Part shown: piece after piece, positions 61,381 to 64,000 of the stretch | Position numbering within the stretch: position 1 is the first letter of the stretch | How the letters are laid out: each line of letters starts with the position of its first letter | Source: the human T2T-CHM13v2.0 reference genome, Homo sapiens | Assembly: GCF_009914755.1 (NCBI RefSeq) | Contig: NC_060928.1 | Direction: 5' to 3' (one strand) | DNA length: 64,000 nucleotides | Translations under genes and position numbers: made by a program | The notes under the pieces: generated by a model | What the model was told of the DNA's origin: nothing | The model's input: the letters and a program-made list of their open reading frames with translations, nothing else | Databases searched by the model: none

Positions 61381-62975
61381 GCCTTTTTATTCTTAGTTGG
61401 GATGAGAACCAGAGCAACTCAACCATTAGTCTCCTCAAGCCATTTTCTCTTTCTTCTTTCATTTTATTCCGTCTTTACTGCTTGGGGTTTTGATTTTCTG
61501 GGAACTGTATGCCTAATGGACTTATTAAGTACCTACCATAGAATAATGGATTTCCTTAGTTTCCAAGTATCCCAATTCCTGAACGGTGGGTTATTAAATC
61601 TGAAACTTGAAGGAGGAAATGGAAATTTAAAGCAATGATCATCATTTAATCACTTTACAAAGCACTTTGCTTTAATCTGTTCTCTCTTACCACCTCATCA
61701 ATGTGGTCTCTTAAAGGCTATACTGATTTCAGTTCCTAATGTGACCTCACCCCCTTATTTGTTTTATTTAATTTTATGGGTTTTGTTCTGTGTTGTTTTG
61801 TATTTGTTCTAGCTAAAAAATAGAACTAATTGCCTATTTTTTGATAAAAGGATCTTGGATACTTAAACTCATTAAACTAGGCATTAAATAATGGATGGGC
61901 TTTTGCTTAGGATCACCTAATATGTAAAGTACTTCACACCATTGTCCAATGATAGTTTTTGTAATTTAATTAATAAAATCATTAGAAATACCGAATTACC
62001 ACTACTCTTATTGCTAATAACTAAGTTTTGGTCAAAAAGAAACAACAGAATAGGAATATATACTCTACAGAGATCTAGCAAACTTGCATCAAAACAGTAT
62101 TGAGATACAAGGCTAATTCACTCCTGAGAGGAAATTATTGTTGTTATTGTCTTTTGAAATTAAAGGAATTTATTTATACAATATGAAGTATCACATTTAC
62201 ATCATTTAAGCATCAATACAAGTTTTGTGACAAAATTACTATTTGTTTTGTGACATATTAATGCAATTTTAAGTCCATGGGTGGTTATATGTTGCACATA
62301 CAGAAATAAAGTCTGTTTTCATACTGATTTGGTTGTTACAAAAATGCATATGAAGGTCTAAGGAAATTCTGGCTTACAGTTTAGTGAAACCAAAACCTCT
62401 AATTTTCAGAAAGCTTCAATATAGTTGAGAAGTATGTAGAGTTGAATTTGAAAATTCACTTTACAAAAATATCCTTAGGAATATGTTGAACGAACTGACC
62501 ACCACCAACACCTTCACACACAGACCAATTTGAACTGTCATTGTAATTGATGTTAAGAAGTGTGTGTTTGTGTAAATGCTTGAATTGCGAAGTAGATGAA
62601 TTAACTTGATAAACATGTCAATTAAGTGTCATATTTATTGGTTTCAGAAGTTAATTGTGAATGATTAGCCTACTTTAAAAAACCTAGTGGAAATAAGAAA
62701 GAGTAAATTCTAGTTCTGATTATGACATTTATTCAATTTATTTAACTAGGATTTATCAAGGACTGACTTCAGGCATTTTAATGGGCACTGATACTAGTTA
62801 TTATGTTGAGCAGGTCACTAACTGTTACTCCTCATCTGCAAAACAATGGTTAAAAATCTCTTTACTTACTTGTGAGATTGTTTCACAAATAAAATTTGAA
62901 ATGAATGAAGATCCTTTGAGAGTACATGTGCTAGACAAGGAATTATTAATGGAACTATTAATAGATCCAGTTTCT

Positions 62976-63266
62976 GACCAGGTACCGTGGCTCACACCTG
63001 AAATTCCAGCTCTTTTGGAGGCCTAGATAGGAGGATCACTTGAGGCCAGGAGTTCAAGACCAGTCTGGGCAACATAGACTCCATCTCTACAAAAATAAAA
63101 AATTAGCTGGGCATGTTGGCACGTGCCTGTCGTACTAGCTATTCAGGAAGCTGGGGTGGGAGGATCTGCTTGAGCCCAGGAGTCAAGGCTACAGTGAGCT
63201 GTGATTATGCCACTACACTTATCCTGAGTAGCAAAGCAAGACTCTGTCTCAAAAAAAAAAAAAAAA
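62976..63266 (+). mobile_element. AluJ-like SINE
   Basis: Dimeric Alu with A16 tail; TSD atccagtttc. Confidence 0.9.
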
Positions 63267-63747
63267 TCCAGTTTCCTCTTGCTATTTTACTCAAGAACTT
63301 ACTAAGAATATTTTACCAGTTATAAATTAAAATGCCAACCATTAATTAGAAGGAATTTTTTAATATATTAAGCACTGTCAAATTCAGGGAGTTGATTATG
63401 GTGTAACAAACAGAAAACCTAAATTGAAAAGTTCGGCTCTTTCCTGTACTAGCTGACTAAACTTGTGCAAATCATTTAACCTATTGAGGTTTATTTAATC
63501 ATTTGTAACTGAAATATACTTATTTCAAAAGAATAGCTTATGAAGAATAAATGTAATACGTAGTCATTTTATAAATTATAAATCACTATAAAAATATAAA
63601 ATGTTAACAGTATCAGTAAACTTAAAATATATGTTTAAGTGACTGAGCAATTAACACACTTTGTTAACATTTAAATTGTTAAAACAAGCTGACAGTCTTA
63701 ATGCCTGAGCATGTTATATTTATTTTTAAATTATAAATTCCCAATAG

Positions 63748-63837
63748 ATGTGCTACACAAAAGATGGAGCATAGTATCTTCACCAGAAAGGGAGATCACC
63801 TTAGTGAACCTGAAAAAAGATGCAAAGTATGGCTTGG
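63748..63837 (+). CDS. PTPN13: PTPN13 coding exon (probable exon 21, 90 nt), start of PDZ1: (D)VLHKRWSIVSSPEREITLVNLKKDAKYGL(G)
   Basis: caatag| acceptor, TGG|gtaagt donor; ends in the PDZ GLGF carboxylate-binding loop. Confidence 0.95.
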
Positions 63838-64000
63838 GTAAGTCACCCTGAGATTCTTGAAGGTCTATGATTGTTGGGGATTCAGAGGAAAAGTCTATAG
63901 CATAGCATTGGCATTGCAGTGCCAGCTCACTTCTGGTCTCAAGATACTGACTGGCTGCCCACCTACAAGCCCATCACCCTACCCGCCCAGTCACCAAATG

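Overview
AT-rich primate DNA, almost certainly human. The whole window lies inside the + strand gene PTPN13 (FAP-1/PTP-BAS/PTPL1 tyrosine phosphatase). I traced 15 GT-AG coding exons that splice into one continuous frame (probably exons 7-21, about residues 212-1104; numbering is from memory). They encode the post-KIND linker, the coiled coil, the whole FERM domain, the FERM-PDZ linker and the start of PDZ1. The introns hold about 19 Alu copies, a full-length dead antisense L1PA element with a 15-bp TSD, a full-length THE1B-type LTR element, older L1/L2/MIR pieces, DNA-transposon fossils and microsatellites. I see no prokaryotic or CRISPR-like system, and nothing I can call a new biological system with confidence. 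The best unexplained signals are: (1) an 85-bp inverted, microhomology-bounded copy of nearby unique DNA inserted into an Alu, creating a candidate poison exon; (2) an L1 antisense-promoter/ORF0 layout that could break the gene into KIND-only and FERM-PDZ-PTP transcripts; (3) in-frame, phase-compatible cryptic exon(s) at 17.8-18.1 kb; (4) inverted Alu pairs that bracket the known skipped exons; (5) an SCA8-like intronic (CTA)(CTG) repeat. Repeat subfamily calls are by eye and their boundaries are approximate.
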